NCBI RefSeq assembly: GCF_006345805.1
Contig: NW_021836439.1
Span: forward strand, 1 to 25,317
Direction: 5' to 3'
Length of the DNA: 25,317 nucleotides
DNA from: Octopus sinensis
Taxonomy: Eukaryota
Position numbers and translations under genes: made by a program. Below are positions 20,852-25,317 of this stretch, piece after piece. The notes beneath the pieces are model-generated. The model ran no database searches and was not told the origin of the DNA. It was given only the letters and a program-made list of their open reading frames with translations. Numbering within the stretch: position 1 is the first letter of the stretch; every line of letters begins with the position of its first letter.

Positions 20852-21419
20852 TTAATTTATATATAGAGGGCATTATACATACATGCCAGAGGGCATTATA
20901 CATACATGCCCTCTATATATAAATTAATATGTTCAATAAGAAATAATTATTTTCGAAATTTATTCTCTTATGAGGTTTTCACGCTATCTACCTGACAATT
21001 TCTTGTTAAGTTTTCCTTATTAAGTAGTTGTCCTTAATTGCTAAATTTTTATATATATATATACATATATGTATATACACACACATAACATATATACATA
21101 AACACACTTATATATATGCACGTATATGTATATATATATATATTATATATATATACATATAAGCATGCTAGTATATACATGTATATGACTTTACATATAT
21201 ATACATATAAATATAAAACAATACAATATGGCATGATATGATATCCATATAATATAATATATAAACGAAAATTCTGAGCTTCCGTTCAATTTTGTCGAAC
21301 AAAACTGATTCCCAAGATCTCCAAGATTAATTTCCTTTATTGCATGAGAATCGGTAAATGGTGAAACAGAGTGGCATTTTATGGAACTTCGGCTTAAAAT
21401 AAAATTTTATTATCAAACT

Positions 21420-21742
21420 TCGTCTTCTTCTTCTTCTTCTTTACATTCTTCTTCTTCTTCTTCACATTCTTCTTCTTCTTCTTCTTCTTCACATTCTTCT
21501 TCTTCTTCTTCTTCTTTCATTCTTCTTCTTCTTTACATTCTTCTTCTTCTTTACATTCTTCTTCTTTACATTCTTCTTCTTCTTCTCCTTCTTCTTCTTC
21601 TTCTTCTTCTTCTTCTTCTTCTTTTTCTTCTTCTTCTTCTTTACATTCTTCTTCTTCTCCTTTGCATTCTTCTTCTTCTTCTTCTTCTTCTTCTTCTTCT
21701 TCTTCTTCTTCTTTACATTCTTCTTCTTCTTCTTCTTCTTCT
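21420..21742. repeat. (CTT)n microsatellite with recurrent TTTACA interruptions
   Basis: Directly visible. Confidence 0.98.
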
Positions 21743-22031
21743 TTATTGCGTCGACTTATTTTATTATCCGAAGAAGCAGACTCAGACGACACAATTTATT
21801 TTAAGCTGAGATGCCATAAATAGCAACTACGTGTTCCACGTTTTACCGATTCCTTAGGAATGTAAAAAAAAAAATCAAGTCGAATCAAACGGTTTTCTGT
21901 TTTATATGATATGAAATAATAACTTGAACATCGACACTAACAATGGAAAAATCTGTTGACATGGTTAGAACATGAATAAGTCATAAAAAGATCGTCTGAA
22001 GTTCGCTCACTGCTTTTTTTTTAAATATTCC

Positions 22032-22032
<1 letters not shown>

Positions 22033-22085
<53 letters not shown>
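22033..22085. repeat. (AAT)n microsatellite
   Basis: Directly visible. Confidence 0.98.
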
Positions 22086-22086
<1 letters not shown>

Positions 22087-22505
22087 CTATTTTCTATTGT
22101 TCTTTTTTTTTCGTTTTTTCTTTCTTTTTCCCCCTTTTTTCTGTCACATAACTTGACTTTGTAAAGAAACACTCTGGCGTGTTTATTTTAATGGCCTACC
22201 TATGTGTACGGTGAGTTTCTTTGCCCTAGGTATCGGGAAGACACTCGGCAAAAAATGGAAACAAAGTTGATAGAATAATAGTAATAATGATTTCTTTTAT
22301 TGGCCACAAGAGCCCAAGACACGAAGGACAATATCAAAGAAGAGTTATGATACACAAAAGCAAAAACAAAAACAAAAAACAAAAAAAGTGGGGGTGGTTA
22401 CATCGATTTTATCCAAAAGATACAACAAAGGATATATAATAGAAATTAGAGAAATAATTAAATAAATAATTAGGATTTTCAATAGCGAATAAGTCTACGA
22501 AGGGC

Positions 22506-22546
<41 letters not shown>

Positions 22547-22587
22547 TAATAAAAATAATAATAATAATGATGATGATGATGATGATG

Positions 22588-22633
<46 letters not shown>

Positions 22634-22641
22634 TAATAATA

Positions 22642-22707
<66 letters not shown>

Positions 22708-22835
22708 GTATACTATGAGTTTCTTTGCCCTAGGAGTCGGGAAGACACCCGGCAAGAAATGGAAGCAAATTTGAAAGAAGAAGAGAAATAATAATAATTA
22801 ATAATAAAATAATAATAATAATGATGATGATGATG

Positions 22836-22869
<34 letters not shown>

Positions 22870-23195
22870 TAATAAAATAATAATAATAATGATGATGATG
22901 ATGATATAATAATAAATAATAATAATAAAAAAAATAATAATAATATGATGATGATGATGATGATATAATAATAATAATAATATATAATAAGATGATGATG
23001 ATGATGATGATAATACTAATAATAATAATATATAATAATAATAATAATAATATATAATAATGTATACTATGAGTTTCTTTGCCCTAGGAGTCGGGAAGAC
23101 ACCCGGCAAGAAATGGAAGCAAATTTGAAAGAAGAAGAAAAATAATAATAATAATAATAAAAATAATAATAATAATGATGATGATGATGATGATG
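22506..23195. repeat. Compound (AAT)n/(GAT)n tracts containing two near-identical ~82-bp cores (22706-22787 and 23060-23141); a diverged third core at ~22200-22275
   Basis: ATGTATACTATGAGTTTCTTTGCCCTAGGAGTCGGGAAGACACCCGGCAAGAAATGGAAGCAAATTTGAAAGAAGAAG occurs twice, 354 bp apart. Confidence 0.92.
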
Positions 23196-23643
23196 ATATT
23201 CTGCTCAATACCACAGATTTGCTTGTCAGTTGTTTGACCATAACCAGTTGAGCATGTCCCTTAGTGGCTGCCAATATGTGCATCTCTGATCACAAGCAGA
23301 AGTAGTTGGGGAGCACCATAGCCATGTGTTGAGAAGAATTCTTTGGGGGTTGGATAATTCACCTTTGGAAACATGGGTGTTTTGTTCAGCATCCTTAAAC
23401 AACCCTTATTCAGGGACCTTTTGAGTGGGATGGGCTACTCGACCAGAAGAAAATTCTAACTGGGCCCCACCTGCAAGGTCATGTGCTGTTTACCCGGATA
23501 TAAGATCACTATGTTGTGCACATATGGTTGTGATGCATGTGCCTAGTGTACCCTTATCAGGCGGGTAGTCATAATGGCCATACTGGGTTTAGTATATTTT
23601 ACTCCAGTGTCACTTTGATAGCATGCACTGCTCTCCCACTCAA
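23196..23643 (+). mobile_element. Unclassified interspersed repeat, left-truncated copy, followed by (AAT)n
   Basis: Collinear with 24213-24658; both end CACTCAA followed by an AAT tract; no coding motif recognised. Confidence 0.8.
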
Positions 23644-23645
23644 GG

Positions 23646-23676
<31 letters not shown>

Positions 23677-24098
23677 CAACAACAACAACAATAATAATAA
23701 CAACAACAACAACAATAATAATAATAATAATGATGATGATAATGATATAATGATAATAGTAATAATAACAATAATAATAATAATAATTAATAATAATAAT
23801 GATAATGTAATGATATAATAATAAATAATAATAATAATATAATAGTAATAATAATAAGATAATAATATAATAATAATAAAGTAATAATAATAATAGTAAT
23901 ATAATAATAATAATAATAATAATAGTAATAATAATATAATAATAATAATAATAATAGTAGTAATAATAGTAATAATAATAATAATAATAACTAATAATAA
24001 TAATATAATATAATAATAAAATAATAATAATATATGATTAATAATATAATAATAATAATAATAAAATACTACTAATAATAATAATAATAATAATAATA
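23646..24098. repeat. Long degenerate (AAT)n/(AAC)n tract
   Basis: Directly visible. Confidence 0.98.
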
Positions 24099-24658
24099 AA
24101 TGCCCTGATGCAGTACCAGGCAGTGGGCTCTCATGGCTTCTGATCTTAACTAATTGGAAGTGTTATCATGTACATTGTTTCGTCTTGGTATAAAAGATGG
24201 GCTACAGCAAATATCTGCTCAATACCACGATTTGCTTGTCAGTTGTTTGACCTTAACCAGTTGAGCATGTCCCTTAGTGGCTGACAATACTGCATCTCTG
24301 ATCACGAGCAGAAGTAGTGGGGGAGCATCATAGCCATGTGTTGAGAGGGATTCTTTGGAGTTTGAATAATTCACCTCTGGAAACATGGGTGTTTCGTTCA
24401 ACATCCTAAAGCACCCTTATTCAAGGACCTTTTGAGCAGGATGGGCTTACTCGACCTGAAGAAAATTGTAACTCTGGGCCCCACCTGCAAGGTCATATGC
24501 TGTTTATCTTGATACGAGATCACAATGTCGCGCACATATGGTTGTGATGCAGTGCCTGGTGTAACCCTTATCAGACGGGTAGTCATGATGGGTATATTGG
24601 GCTTCGTTTATTTTACCCCAGTGGTCACTTTGATGGCATGAACTGCTCTCTCACTCAA
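24099..24658 (+). mobile_element. Longer copy (~560 bp) of the same unclassified repeat, with (AAT)n on both sides
   Basis: Shares ~445 bp with 23196-23643; variable left end and fixed right end suggest a retroposed 3' segment. Confidence 0.8.
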
Positions 24659-25013
24659 TAATAATAATAATAATAATAATAATATAATAATAATAATAAT
24701 AATAATGATATCATGCTTCATAACGACATTAAATATTGAATTTGAGATGTACGTTCACAAAAGAATATCCTTTTTTGTTTCATGCGTGTATAATAAGTAT
24801 AAGGCGCTTCAGGCCTTGTTATCTACAGTATATACACTTTAAACAATCAAAATGAAGAACATTTTTGTTAACGTGATTTTCACATCCATTGATGTTTCCG
24901 GCATAGAATGTTTAAAAGCGCTCAACACCTTTGAATACAGACGCTACGCGTTCCAATCTGATTAAAAGGTTTCCTTTGATCTTTTAACATCTTTTCGTCC
25001 TATTACCGCCTTC

Positions 25014-25317
25014 AGTCATTGGACTGCGACCATGTTGAGACACCGCTTTGACGAGTTTAGTCAAACGAATCGACAGCTGTGCTTATTTTTGTTTTCAGTC
25101 GGGTACTTATTCTATCGAGCCGCTTAGTTACGAGGACAGAAACAAACCAACGCCGGTTGTCAAGAGGTGTGTTCCTGTGTATATGTGTGTGTGTGTGGGG
25201 GGGGGGAGATAAAGATAAACACAAATACATATACATACATACATACGTTATGCATACAAAAATACGCTGATATATATGATGGGCTTCAACACAGTTTCCA
25301 CAGAGGGACCGGTGAAA
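25014..25317 (-). mobile_element. Diverged SINE type 1 running off the right edge
   Basis: Reverse complement matches CAGTCATT.GACTGCGACCATG, GTACTTATTCTATCG, CTTAGTTACG.GGAC, CGGTTGTCAAG. Confidence 0.75.

Noticed and set aside
21381-23818. Poly-E/L/S/Y/I/N ORFs
   Set aside because: These are translations of (CTT)n, (AAT)n and (GAT)n tracts.

Overview
Repeat-dominated, AT-rich eukaryotic (metazoan) DNA with no confidently identifiable host protein-coding gene. The SINE families and microsatellite style resemble octopus/cephalopod genomes; this is recognition from memory, not a search. 1-5.2 kb: four head-to-tail, minus-strand, 5'-truncated copies of one Tx1/L1-clade LINE (AP-endonuclease remnant, RT, CCHC zinc knuckle, 3' UTR), each separated by (GATA)n arrays, which suggests microsatellite-specific insertion. 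5.7-13.4 kb: a mosaic of three tRNA-derived SINE types, a mariner-derived MITE, nested inverted repeats and a telomere-like block. One SINE type carries a 64-nt module whose last 44 nt are about 77% identical to the LINE 3' end. 14.0-19.25 kb: about 30 copies of a ~177-bp tandem repeat, each with a well-placed splice donor, branch point and acceptor, lying between two copies of a 209-bp duplication. 19.6-25.3 kb: further SINEs, a hammerhead-like motif, compound microsatellites and a ~0.5-kb interspersed repeat. Most ORFs in the supplied track are translated microsatellites or LINE fragments. Many homopolymer indels suggest noisy long-read consensus.
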